Shown in pieces: positions 17,210 through 26,979 of a DNA stretch of 64,000 nucleotides (positions are counted from its first letter, which is position 1; every line of letters begins with the position of its first letter). The notes beneath the pieces are model-generated. The model saw only the letters and a program-made list of their open reading frames with translations, was not told the DNA's origin and ran no database searches. Position numbers and translations under genes: made by a program. Source of the stretch: an uncultured virus (IMG/VR IMGVR_UViG_3300047157_000170). Lineage: Duplodnaviria > Heunggongvirae > Uroviricota > Caudoviricetes. The stretch is taken from the IMG/VR virus record IMGVR_UViG_3300047157_000170; one strand, 5' to 3'.

Positions 17210-18723
17210 TGAATTTTTTCAAATCATTAAAAGCAAAATTGTTGGGTTCAATCAAAGAAGACCTCAACTCAGCTTTAGGCAGTCGAAGAGTATCTTTTAA
17301 TTCAAAAATATCTGGTGCATTAGATGACCTAATTGCAATGAAGACTGGTATTAATATATCAAATGTCCCACAAAGTATATCAGAAGAAGCATTACTAAGT
17401 GCAGAAGATAGAAAATCAGCAGAAGCTGATATTGAAAACAGGGCAGCTGCTATGGGTAGAGTTACTCCAAAACAACATGAAATACTCAAATTTCCTAAGT
17501 CAGATACTAGATTTGTAGATAATTGGATTATTTTTAGAACTATTAAAAGACCCATTTCAGATTTAGGTGCAACACCATCAAGTGGTGCATTTAATAATTC
17601 AGATTATGGTGTCATTTCAACTAAATTAGGAGAGGGTGTTTCAGGCCCTCCATCACCACATAAAGGTATGTCTAAAGAATATACTATTGCAATGTATTTT
17701 CCAACTGGAGTAAGAGATAATATATCAGTAGAATATGAGGCAAAAGAAGTAGGACTTAGTGATATTGCATTAGATTCATTAATGCAAGGAGAATTTGGTA
17801 CATTATTAGATGCAGCTGGTGGTGCATTTGGTGAAACATTCCAGAAAGCAAAACAAGCTGCAATAGCTTTCTCTTCATTTGAATCTGGTTTAGTAGTAGA
17901 TAATCCTAAATTTAATACCTTTCAAGGAGTAGGATTCAGAGACCATAGTTACTCATTCACATTATATCCATATAATGAAACAGATGCAGAAGAAATTACT
18001 CAAATTGTTCATGCATTTAAGATGATGATGTTACCTATGTCATCAAGTAAGAATAGAAGAATACAAATAATGCCAGCAGAATGGAGTATTGATTTCCAAG
18101 GCCCTATCTTAGGTCATATAGAACATCCACAAAATTGTTTCTTAAAATCATGTGATGTAGACTATTCTGGTGGTAAAGATATGTCATTTATCGAAGGATT
18201 TACACAATCACAAGAGGGAACACCAGCATCAGAAGATGGTGTTTGCAGACCAGAAGATAAACTACCAGTTAAGTCTGCTGTACAACATTATCCTAATGGT
18301 ATTAATTTAAACTTAGTATTCCAAGAAATACTCAACATCGATAGACTCAGATATGTACAGAGAGTAGCTGCAAGTGCAATGGGAGCTAAACAAGATGTAC
18401 AACAAGAACTTGACCAATTTGAAAAACAAGTTAATGCAGAGGTCACTGATGAAGCAATACAAGACCAAAGCTTTGGTTCACAAGAAGCAGCTAAAGAGTA
18501 TATAGCTAAACATGGTTTAGGTAGTGAAGTTGAAGTATATTTAATAAGTGGAACAGAACTAGGGGATAAATTAGATAGTACTGGTATGAGAGTAGCAAGT
18601 TTTATTCCTGGCGTTGTTGGTGCTGCTGCTCTAGCAACATCTTCCATGGCACGAGGTACAGGTAATTCACAACAAAAATATGGTATAAGAAGAAAAAATC
18701 CACAAGGTAACGAAACAGGATAG
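17209..18723 (+). CDS. 48: Baseplate tail-tube cap gp48-like
   Basis: NP...FQGVGFR.HSYSF.LYP.NE.DA..I..IV..FK..M.P, CFLKSCDVDYS, L.FQEI. Confidence 0.8.
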   Translation: MNFFKSLKAKLLGSIKEDLNSALGSRRVSFNSKISGALDDLIAMKTGINISNVPQSISEEALLSAEDRKSAEADIENRAAAMGRVTPKQHEILKFPKSDTRFVDNWIIFRTIKRPISDLGATPSSGAFNNSDYGVISTKLGEGVSGPPSPHKGMSKEYTIAMYFPTGVRDNISVEYEAKEVGLSDIALDSLMQGEFGTLLDAAGGAFGETFQKAKQAAIAFSSFESGLVVDNPKFNTFQGVGFRDHSYSFTLYPYNETDAEEITQIVHAFKMMMLPMSSSKNRRIQIMPAEWSIDFQGPILGHIEHPQNCFLKSCDVDYSGGKDMSFIEGFTQSQEGTPASEDGVCRPEDKLPVKSAVQHYPNGINLNLVFQEILNIDRLRYVQRVAASAMGAKQDVQQELDQFEKQVNAEVTDEAIQDQSFGSQEAAKEYIAKHGLGSEVEVYLISGTELGDKLDSTGMRVASFIPGVVGAAALATSSMARGTGNSQQKYGIRRKNPQGNETG

Positions 18724-18731
18724 GAGAAAAC

Positions 18732-19461
18732 ATGGCAGAACAATATTTTAAACATTATCCAACGATTGATTTTGACCTCAAGAATGATGGTAATTTAATC
18801 GAAGCAAAGGATATATTTCGTAATATTAGAGTATCAGAGGATGTAGAAGAAGGTATCACTGGGTATGAATATTATTATGTCGATGACCAAGATAGACCAG
18901 ATGTTCTTGCAGATAAACTGTATGCAGATAGTACTTTATATTGGTTATTCTGGATGGTTAACCCTCATCTTGCAACCTATACTGATTGGCCCCAAGTCTC
19001 AGAGAGTACTAGAAAGATTCATAAAAAGAAAGTATTCTGGTAAAGCATTAGTGAGCAACCAGCAGTCGGATATAGTAGGCAGTTCGGACTCGAAATTTTT
19101 CCAAGGGGAAAAGGTAGTAGGTTCTACCAGTTCGGCCTTCGGATTCGTCACTAAGATAGACCCAACCAATAAACAGATTATTCTAAACGATATCGAAGGA
19201 ACATTCATCAATAACGAAGTAGTCACAGGGTCGAACAGCTCGAAGAGTTTCACTATTATATCGGTCAGAAATTTTTCAGACTCACCTCATCACTACGAGG
19301 ATTCAGAGGGTACGAAAACTACCATAAGTACAGGTAATACACCAGTATCTAACTTCGACTACGAACAAAAGTTTAATGACGATAAAAGAAGCATCAAGTA
19401 CATTAAACTAGAATTTATACCAGAATTACTCAGACAATTCAAGAGTATGATAAGAGAGTAG
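18732..19461 (+). CDS. 53: Baseplate wedge gp53 (frameshift near 18990)
   Basis: YFKHYP.I.FD, DIFR, RPDVLA.KLY.DS.LYW..., DWP, HHYE, VSNFDYE...ND.KR.IK. Confidence 0.85.
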
Positions 19462-19465
19462 ACAT

Positions 19466-21001
19466 ATGCCCATAATGATAGGTAAAAATACTCCTAATTC
19501 TTATAGGATTGAGAGTATCACCATAACAAACAATGAAGGTAACTCATATGAAGTGAGTAATTTAATGCAATCCTTTCAGATTACTGAGAGTATATATCAG
19601 ATGTTTCTTACAGGTAGTATGACCTTTGCAGATTCAATGAATATATTTAATAAGATTGGATTCACAGGACAGGAATATATTCGAATACATATCGGTGGTA
19701 TAAGAGGGTTTGAGACTATTGTACCACATGACCAGAGAATAGACCAAGTATTTCGTATATTTAATGTCTCTAATCATATCAGAAGTATAGAAAATCCAGC
19801 ACTCCAGATATATAGAGTGGAATTTTGTAGTCCTTTATTATATCTTGCACGAACTCAGAGAATATCTCAGGCATATAGAGGAAAGACTGGGGATATATTA
19901 AATAAAATATGTTTTGATAAATTAAAATTCCAAGAAAAACCGAAAAAGAAAACAGGTCAAGGAAATAGTTCGAAACCGCGTGTGAAGGGGGGGCAGGCAC
20001 TCGGTAACTTCTTCTCTCTATTCGAGTCTGGTGTGGGAGAGGTGAATGGAATGATTATCCCAAACTGGTCAGTGTTTAAGACTCTGAGATGGTTGAGAGA
20101 CAATACCTCAGACGATACAGAGGAGTGGGGAGACTCTTACTACTTCTATCAGACTGCTATGGATGGATTCAAGTTCCACAATGTAGATTCTATGAGAAGT
20201 ATAGAGTATATGAGTGGCAAAGTTACCTTCTCTCCTCGTATGGGTGATGGAGATGACGACTTTAATTACGATTTCAAAGAGGGTAGAGGTAATGACATGC
20301 TCTCCTACAACAAGAGTGACACTTATAATGTACTCCACAGTCATTTAAGTGGTATGTATAGTGGTAATATACAGGTATTTGACCCTAAGAATAAACTTTT
20401 GATGGATATTCCGAGTCAATTTGACCAACAATTCCCTATAGAGATAAAAAAGGGCTCTACTTTCTATAAAAATGATAAGAAACACTTCTCAGTATCCCCT
20501 TCTTTTAGATTTAATGCAGAAAATATTAAGATTCCACCAGATGGGGGCTTAGCAGGACAGGAAATGCCGCCCTTAGATGCAGATATAGAGGGAGACCCTA
20601 TCACAGAAGCCACAGGAGCCGCTATATCGTTCAATTATAACAACCCCTTCTCCTTTAGTCAAGGGATACATGAGAGTGGTCACAGTGTATCCTATGCAAC
20701 AGAGAAGAATAAGTTCAATAGAGAGAGGGCAGAGAAGTTATTAGAGTCCAATAGAATGAATATCCAGATATCTGGGAGAACTAACATCTCATGTGGTATG
20801 ACTATTAATATAGATTTAAAACAACCTACCAGTACAGCAGATGTCAGAGACGAACTTACACAGAATGGTAAGATGTTAGTAGAAGGTATTACTTGGATAG
20901 GAACTGAGGATGGCTTGGAAACACAACTCACATGTACAACAGATGGATGGCAAGTGAGTCCAGATACCTTTGTTGACCACAAAGGCTCTCCACAATACTA
21001 A
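19466..21001 (+). CDS. Baseplate hub / tail protein (gp27-like)
   Basis: I.ESIY...LTG...F.DS, TGQE.I.I, RISQAY.G, IIPNWS, YYFYQT.DGFKF; located between gp53 and gp5. Confidence 0.7.
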   Translation: MPIMIGKNTPNSYRIESITITNNEGNSYEVSNLMQSFQITESIYQMFLTGSMTFADSMNIFNKIGFTGQEYIRIHIGGIRGFETIVPHDQRIDQVFRIFNVSNHIRSIENPALQIYRVEFCSPLLYLARTQRISQAYRGKTGDILNKICFDKLKFQEKPKKKTGQGNSSKPRVKGGQALGNFFSLFESGVGEVNGMIIPNWSVFKTLRWLRDNTSDDTEEWGDSYYFYQTAMDGFKFHNVDSMRSIEYMSGKVTFSPRMGDGDDDFNYDFKEGRGNDMLSYNKSDTYNVLHSHLSGMYSGNIQVFDPKNKLLMDIPSQFDQQFPIEIKKGSTFYKNDKKHFSVSPSFRFNAENIKIPPDGGLAGQEMPPLDADIEGDPITEATGAAISFNYNNPFSFSQGIHESGHSVSYATEKNKFNRERAEKLLESNRMNIQISGRTNISCGMTINIDLKQPTSTADVRDELTQNGKMLVEGITWIGTEDGLETQLTCTTDGWQVSPDTFVDHKGSPQY

Positions 21002-21162
21002 AGGACAGTGTTTTGGGACTCCTAGACTTGTTTTGGGGCGGGCATTGCTACCCCCTATTAAAGTCTTGGGCAGTAAATGTCCTAGGAAAAGGCTATTATA
21101 TAATGATGGGACTCCTAGATATTCTTCTGGGACTCCTATAAATAACAATAAGAGGAAATAAT

Positions 21163-21303
21163 ATGATTAAGAATATAATAGACTCACATAGAAGAATGTT
21201 AATCGATTTGATGGACATTACTGGTATGGATGAATATACCTTATCATGGTTTTGTTTTATGAAAGGTGTAATCTTTACATCTATTATAGTATGGATGTTT
21301 TAA
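21163..21303 (+). CDS. Small membrane protein (46 aa)
   Basis: MIKNIIDSHRRMLIDLMDITGMDEYTLSWFCFMKGVIFTSIIVWMF; GAGG RBS; TATAAATA at 21137. Confidence 0.65.
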   Translation: MIKNIIDSHRRMLIDLMDITGMDEYTLSWFCFMKGVIFTSIIVWMF

Positions 21304-21309
21304 GATATT

Positions 21310-21472
21310 ATGACTAATTGGATATATAATAAACTAGCACCACATGCTCTAAGGTTTAGAGAGTGGTCTAAAGATAAATTATGGGTTAAAATACCACTGG
21401 GACTCCTAGTATCTATGGATGATGGGGATATTTAATCCCTATTGGTGTGTTTACCCAGTGTGTTGGATATAA
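21310..21472 (+). CDS. Small membrane protein, probable indel near 21412
   Basis: MTNWIYNKLAPHALRFREWSKDKLWVKIPLGLLV then LWMMGIFNPYWCVYPVCWI in a shifted frame. Confidence 0.45.
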
Positions 21473-21475
21473 ATT

Positions 21476-21853
21476 ATGATTAGAACTTTATTAGGTGCAA
21501 AAATACATGGTTGTATCTGCACCGATGTAGACTTAGACTACGAAGGTAGTATATTAATTGACGAAAACTGGATGGATGAGGTGGGACTCCTAGTCCATGA
21601 ACAGGTAGATGTATATAATAAAACCAATGGTAACCGACATACGACCTATGTCCTACCATTACCGAGAGGTTCAAATGAGGTATCAGTCAATGGTGCTGGT
21701 GCCCATTTAACCGATATAGGAGACGAACTGATTATTTGTTCTTATGTACAGTATGATGAGAATAATGAGACCTTACCTCTCAGACATACACCGAAAATAA
21801 AAATAATCGACCCTAAAGACCGACTTTATAGGGAACTATTGGGATTGACATGA
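21476..21853 (+). CDS. panD: Aspartate 1-decarboxylase PanD
   Basis: R.LL.AKIH....T.VDL.YEG|SI.ID (G-S self-cleavage site), NG.R..TYV, NGA.A.L...GD..II. Confidence 0.9.
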   Translation: MIRTLLGAKIHGCICTDVDLDYEGSILIDENWMDEVGLLVHEQVDVYNKTNGNRHTTYVLPLPRGSNEVSVNGAGAHLTDIGDELIICSYVQYDENNETLPLRHTPKIKIIDPKDRLYRELLGLT

Positions 21854-21940
21854 GTAATACAGTAATATTCTTTCATATGGTAGTATTAATACCTATGGTG
21901 TACTTTATATGGAAGGATGGATATAACAAAGGAATAAGAG

Positions 21941-23029
21941 ATGCCGACATTCGCAGGATTAAAGAATAATTTTTATACAGGAGTAGTCGAAGACCGATTT
22001 GACCCACTATCTTTGGGTCGTGTTCGTGTTCGTCTCTATGGTCTTCATACCGATGATAAAAAATTAATCTCTACAGGTGATTTACCTTGGAGTGATGTCC
22101 TTATGCCGACTACTTCTCCGAGTCTTTCTGGTCTTGGTCTTTCTCCTCATGGACTGGTAGATGGTTCTACTGTTATGGGATTCTTCCGAGACGAAGATGA
22201 GATGCAAGACTTTGTAGTTATTGGTAGTTTATTTGGCAGACCGACTGATAAATATAAAATCGATGGTGGTGACTCTAATAAACAAGTAGACCGAGGGCCC
22301 GATAAGGGATTTAATGACTCTCGTTATAAAGATAAAAGTGAATTTATAAGTTCTGTTGATGGTCAGAAAAATAGTGCTACTGGAAGAAACTTTAATTTTG
22401 GATTAACTCTAGACCAATCCCCAGTTAGACCGAATAAATTAGAATTTAAATTAGGTGGTGAAGGAACTATTATTGATGAGGGTAAAGAAAGTAAATTAGA
22501 AGAAAATTTCCCTAGAGAAGAATATACTAAACTCAGTTTATCCGATGTGCATAGAAGTATGCAAGGGTCACCAAATGTTTATCCGAATACTTTAATTGAA
22601 AGAACCAAAGGTGGTACAGTTAAAGAACCGACTCGTGCAAAGAATGTGGTGAATCCTACTTATCCTTTTGCACATATAATCGAATCCGAATCTGGTCATG
22701 TATTAGAAATGGATGATACCCCTGGCTCAGAAAGATTACATATGTATCATAGGTCTGGTACTCGTTTAGAAGTACTTGCAGATGGGACTCAAACCATGAA
22801 AGTCTCTAATGATTCCTATGAAATAATAATGAAGGATAAAAAAATATTAATATCTGGTAGTGCAGATATAGAACTTGCAAATGGTGATTATAATTTAATT
22901 ACTAAAAAAGGAAATACCGAAGATGGTGGTAATGTATTTATTACATGTGATAGAGATATGAATATTACAGCTAAAGGTGCAGTAAAAATAAAAGGTAAAG
23001 TATCTATTAATGGTACTAAGTTTGATTAA
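21941..23029 (+). CDS. 5: Baseplate central spike gp5 (OB-fold plus beta-helix, no recognisable lysozyme)
   Basis: GVVEDR.DPL.LGRVRVR..G.H, LPW..V.MP, YP..H...SESGH..E.DDTPG.ER.H..HRSGT. Confidence 0.92.
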   Translation: MPTFAGLKNNFYTGVVEDRFDPLSLGRVRVRLYGLHTDDKKLISTGDLPWSDVLMPTTSPSLSGLGLSPHGLVDGSTVMGFFRDEDEMQDFVVIGSLFGRPTDKYKIDGGDSNKQVDRGPDKGFNDSRYKDKSEFISSVDGQKNSATGRNFNFGLTLDQSPVRPNKLEFKLGGEGTIIDEGKESKLEENFPREEYTKLSLSDVHRSMQGSPNVYPNTLIERTKGGTVKEPTRAKNVVNPTYPFAHIIESESGHVLEMDDTPGSERLHMYHRSGTRLEVLADGTQTMKVSNDSYEIIMKDKKILISGSADIELANGDYNLITKKGNTEDGGNVFITCDRDMNITAKGAVKIKGKVSINGTKFD

Positions 23030-23034
23030 ATATA

Positions 23035-24117
23035 ATGTCCGAAACCACAGAAAATAATACTACTCCAGAACCAATCCCTTGTCCAGAGGTTTTAATTCCG
23101 AGTGCAGATGACCTCGAAGAAATAATAATATTTATTGGAAACACTTATGGATGGGAATATATTAAACCCATCGAAGAAATATTAGGTGCATTTCCATTAT
23201 CTCATACTTGGCCAGATGATTTAGATTGGCCTGAACTAGAATGGGAAGGTAAGATACAAGCAATCGTTGAGGAATTTAAATTATATCCTATAGTAAAGAT
23301 TGCAGAGTTTCTTGCAGTTCCATTAACAGTTGTTGTTCCACCATTTGGTATAGAAGTAGATTGTAAAAAATTATTTGAAGACCCTAGTTATAAATTAGAA
23401 TTACTTGACGAACTAGAAAAGAGTTTGGGTCTAGATGTCATTGAAGAACTCATGGATGACTTTAGTGCAGAGAATTGGAATGGTGAGTTTGGTATAGATA
23501 TTCCAAAAATTAAACTTGCAAAAGCATGGAAAGAAATGATTGAAGAATTAAAAAAAATCTTCATGACTGGTGGATTTAGTGCAATAGGAAAACTATTAGA
23601 TAAAGAACCATTAAAAACTCTTATAGAAACTTTACCAGACCCTATAGGTTTCTTCTTAGAATTAATTGCATCCTTTCCTAAAGGTGGATATGAATTTGAT
23701 GCAGATGCATTATTTAAGAAGTTAAGAGAACAAGCAGAGAAAGAAGGAATAGAATTAAAAGAATTATTACTACAAACAGAAATACCTTTTGTATCAGAAA
23801 TACCAGCAGAGATGTTAGGACTGGAAGATGTCTTACCAGAAACCCTAGGTGATTTAATTGATTTAGGTAAAACAGGAGAACATAAGAAAATAGATTTTCC
23901 TAGATGGGATGAACAAAAATTATTTGAAAGATTTAAAACTTTTATAAAAGACCTACCTCAAATATTGTTTGAAGCCTGTCTTGCAAAACTTACAGAACTT
24001 ATTAAGTTCTTTATACCACCAGAGATACCAATACCATTTACTCTATGTACATTCTTATCATTACTTGGTTTCCCAAAACAAATAGATGTTGTAGAACTAG
24101 TCGTTGAAGGTGCATAA
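23035..24117 (+). CDS. Acidic hypothetical protein in the baseplate cluster
   Basis: 360 aa ORF between gp5 and gp25. Confidence 0.7.
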   Translation: MSETTENNTTPEPIPCPEVLIPSADDLEEIIIFIGNTYGWEYIKPIEEILGAFPLSHTWPDDLDWPELEWEGKIQAIVEEFKLYPIVKIAEFLAVPLTVVVPPFGIEVDCKKLFEDPSYKLELLDELEKSLGLDVIEELMDDFSAENWNGEFGIDIPKIKLAKAWKEMIEELKKIFMTGGFSAIGKLLDKEPLKTLIETLPDPIGFFLELIASFPKGGYEFDADALFKKLREQAEKEGIELKELLLQTEIPFVSEIPAEMLGLEDVLPETLGDLIDLGKTGEHKKIDFPRWDEQKLFERFKTFIKDLPQILFEACLAKLTELIKFFIPPEIPIPFTLCTFLSLLGFPKQIDVVELVVEGA

Positions 24118-24125
24118 ATACTATT

Positions 24126-24545
24126 ATGAGTAATAATTATTTACAGAACCAAAACAAAATTACTGCACGAAGATGGTATACAGATATTGATTTAAATCTA
24201 CAACCCCATCCATCGTCTGGTGATTTAGTTCTTAAAAAAGATAATGATGCAGTTAAAAGGTCAATTAGAAATATCATGTTGACTAATAATTATGAGAGAC
24301 CATTTAAACCAAACTTTGGTGCAAACTTAAGAGCTCTTTTATTTGAACTTGCAGATGACATTACTAAATTTGAAATAAGAAAACAAATTACCGAGGCAAT
24401 CCAAGATTACGAACCTAGAGTTAAAATTGACCAAATATATTTGAATCAAGATAGAGGAAATCGAATGTATGTTAACTTACACTATGGAATCATTGGAGTA
24501 ACAGAACCACAAGAATTAGAAGTAATACTACAGAGAGTAAGATAA
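24126..24545 (+). CDS. 25: Baseplate wedge gp25
   Basis: DIDL....HP...D.....D..AVKRS.RN...T..YERPF.P.FG..L..LLFE, YEPRV. Confidence 0.95.
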   Translation: MSNNYLQNQNKITARRWYTDIDLNLQPHPSSGDLVLKKDNDAVKRSIRNIMLTNNYERPFKPNFGANLRALLFELADDITKFEIRKQITEAIQDYEPRVKIDQIYLNQDRGNRMYVNLHYGIIGVTEPQELEVILQRVR

Positions 24546-24546
24546 A

Positions 24547-26418
24547 ATGGCAACAGTAAAAAGTTCACAAGTCAATATTACCGATTTAGATTTCGATGAT
24601 ATTGCAGCTAATTTAAAAGAATATCTTAAGGGTCAATCTACTCTTAAAGACTACAACATGGAAGGTAGTAATATTAATATATTAATTGACCTTCTTGCAT
24701 ACAGTTCACATGTATCAGCTTTCAATGCAAACATGGTTGCATCTGAGTTGTTCTTGGATACTGCACAAATAAGAAAGAATGTAGTTTCTCGTGCAAAAGA
24801 AATTGGATATACTCCAACTAGTGCAACTGCCTCTATGGCAACAATAGATTTACAAGTAAACAATCCTTTGATTGGTGGTGAGACTCCTACATCTTTAACA
24901 ATTAATAGAGGACATAAATTTAAAACAGTGTATGATGGATTTACATATCCATATGTTTCTCTTGCTTCACAAACAATTTCTCCATTAAATGGTGTCTTTA
25001 AATTTGAAGACCTTGAAATTTATCAAGGTAAAATGAATTCAGATATCTTTGCATACAATGGACAGATTCAGAATCAAAGATTTCCATTAACAGAAGAACT
25101 TGTAGATACCTCAACAGTTACAGTTACAGTACAATCAACAGGTGGTGGTTCATCTGCATGGTCAAAGTCAGAAGATATTAGTGGTGTAGATAAAGATACT
25201 AAAGTATGGTATGTTCAAGAAAATGACCAAGGACAATTTGAAATATACTTTGGTGATGGTGTTATTAGTGCAGAACCTTTAGATGGAGACACAATAACAA
25301 TATCATACTTGGTAACAGATGACCAACATACAGAAGGTGCAAGTCAGTTTACTATGACTGATGCAATTGGTGGTAATTCAGATGTAACTTTAATTACTAA
25401 AACTGCATCATCTGGTGGTAAAGCAAAAGAAAGTATTGAATCAATTAGATTTGCAGCTTCTAAGTTTTACACCTCACAAAACAGATTAGTCACAGTAGAT
25501 GACTACAAATCAAAATTACAAACATTATATCCTGGCGCAGATTCTATATCAGTCTGGGGTGGTGAAGATAATAATCCACCACAATATGGAAAAATATTCA
25601 TTGCAATTAAACCTTCACAAAATGTAAATAAATTAACCTCATCTGAAAAAACTTTATTAAGAGACAAGATGAGAAGACTAAATATGTTAACAGTCAGACC
25701 AGAAATAATTGATGCAGATATTATAGATATCCTAGTGACAACTACATTTAAGTTCAATCCTAGAGCAACAACTAAAACTGTCTCTGAACTAGAAACACTT
25801 GTAAGAGCTGCAATCATTACACATGACAGTACTTACCTAAGTGGGTTTGATAGTATCTTTAGGCACTCAGTTCTAGCGAAAGACATAGACAGTGCAGAAT
25901 CTTCGATTCTTTCGAATATTACAACTGTCAAACTTAGAAAAACTGTGACTCCTACTTTTGGACAATCCAAAGGTTATGAAGTGGAGTTTGGAGAAGGAAA
26001 TAAATTTTATAATCCTCACAGTGGACACAACAAACTTGGTGGTGGTATTATAGAAACCACTGGATTCTTAGTATCTGGATTTACAGATACTTTCTATTTT
26101 GATGATGATGGAGAAGGAAATCTAAGACGATATTCTTTAAGTGGTTCGACAAGAGTCTACGCAGACAGTCAAGCAGGAACAGTAGACTATTCAAATGGTA
26201 AAATAACAATTAATGGTATTAATGTACTTTCAACAATTAATACAGATGACACAATTCACTTTACAGTGATTCCGAATTCATTTGATAGTGTTGCATATAG
26301 AAGTAATCTTCTAGACATCAACACATCATTGATAAAGGTAACTGGTGCAACAGACACCATTGCCTCTGGTGATACGAGTGCTGGGGTGGGATATACATCC
26401 TCATCTAGTTACTCCTAA
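24547..26418 (+). CDS. 6: Baseplate wedge gp6
   Basis: LDFD.I...LK.YL, EGSN..IL.DLLAY, E.FLDTA..R..VVS.AK.IGY.P, SQNR.VT..DY, WGGE.N.PP.YGK.FI..KP. Confidence 0.95.
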   Translation: MATVKSSQVNITDLDFDDIAANLKEYLKGQSTLKDYNMEGSNINILIDLLAYSSHVSAFNANMVASELFLDTAQIRKNVVSRAKEIGYTPTSATASMATIDLQVNNPLIGGETPTSLTINRGHKFKTVYDGFTYPYVSLASQTISPLNGVFKFEDLEIYQGKMNSDIFAYNGQIQNQRFPLTEELVDTSTVTVTVQSTGGGSSAWSKSEDISGVDKDTKVWYVQENDQGQFEIYFGDGVISAEPLDGDTITISYLVTDDQHTEGASQFTMTDAIGGNSDVTLITKTASSGGKAKESIESIRFAASKFYTSQNRLVTVDDYKSKLQTLYPGADSISVWGGEDNNPPQYGKIFIAIKPSQNVNKLTSSEKTLLRDKMRRLNMLTVRPEIIDADIIDILVTTTFKFNPRATTKTVSELETLVRAAIITHDSTYLSGFDSIFRHSVLAKDIDSAESSILSNITTVKLRKTVTPTFGQSKGYEVEFGEGNKFYNPHSGHNKLGGGIIETTGFLVSGFTDTFYFDDDGEGNLRRYSLSGSTRVYADSQAGTVDYSNGKITINGINVLSTINTDDTIHFTVIPNSFDSVAYRSNLLDINTSLIKVTGATDTIASGDTSAGVGYTSSSSYS

Positions 26419-26451
26419 ACTATGATTCGTGTATATGCACGAAGTAACATT

Positions 26452-26471
26452 CCCACATGTTGTGGGTTTTT
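26452..26471 (+). terminator. Intrinsic terminator candidate after gp6
   Basis: CCCACA-TGT-TGTGGG-TTTTT, preceded by hairpin TTCGTGTATATGCACGAA. Confidence 0.55.
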
Positions 26472-26499
26472 AACATGCTAATTTAGAGAGGAAATAAAA

Positions 26500-26967
26500 A
26501 TGGCAGATAAAAAAGTAACAGCATTGTCCGACTTAGGGACAGGCATCGCAGGTGAAGACTTGCTTCATGTTATTGACGACCCTTCTGGTACTCCAGTAAA
26601 CAAAAAGGTTACAGTCAGTAATGTTTTAAATAACCTTCCAGACTACCTTGGATTTGCACAATCAGCCGAAGCTGTAACATTCAGTTCAAACGCTGCAACT
26701 GCAACAGTAGGTAAGTTTGCACACTATGTAACTTCAAGTTCAAGTGGAACTGATATCCTAACTTTAGGAAATGGTTCAACAGGTCAAGTTAAATATTTTG
26801 CACTAGTATCCGATGGTGGTGCTAATGCAAGAATAACTCCATCTGGTACTTTTACTGGTGGTTCATATGTGCAACTTGATTCAGCTGGGGACACTGTACA
26901 AATGTTGTACACAGGTTCAACTTATGGTTGGGTTGTTTTAGGTGGTAATTCTTACACTATTGCATAA
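26500..26967 (+). CDS. Virion structural protein
   Basis: MADKKVTALSDL...EDLLHVIDDP...NKKVTV N-terminus typical of T4-like virion proteins; GAGG RBS. Confidence 0.7.
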   Translation: MADKKVTALSDLGTGIAGEDLLHVIDDPSGTPVNKKVTVSNVLNNLPDYLGFAQSAEAVTFSSNAATATVGKFAHYVTSSSSGTDILTLGNGSTGQVKYFALVSDGGANARITPSGTFTGGSYVQLDSAGDTVQMLYTGSTYGWVVLGGNSYTIA

Positions 26968-26979
26968 GGATAATTAGTA

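Larger units (their letters stand above)
21014..21593 (+). repeat. Five dispersed direct repeats TGGGACTCCTA(G/T)
   Basis: Copies at 21014, 21107, 21128, 21398 and 21582. Confidence 0.9.

Noticed and set aside
20876..21161. ORFs 20970..21161 (+) and 20876..21148 (-) across the repeat region
   Set aside because: No RBS, atypical composition, overlap with the hub gene end; better explained as non-coding repeat DNA
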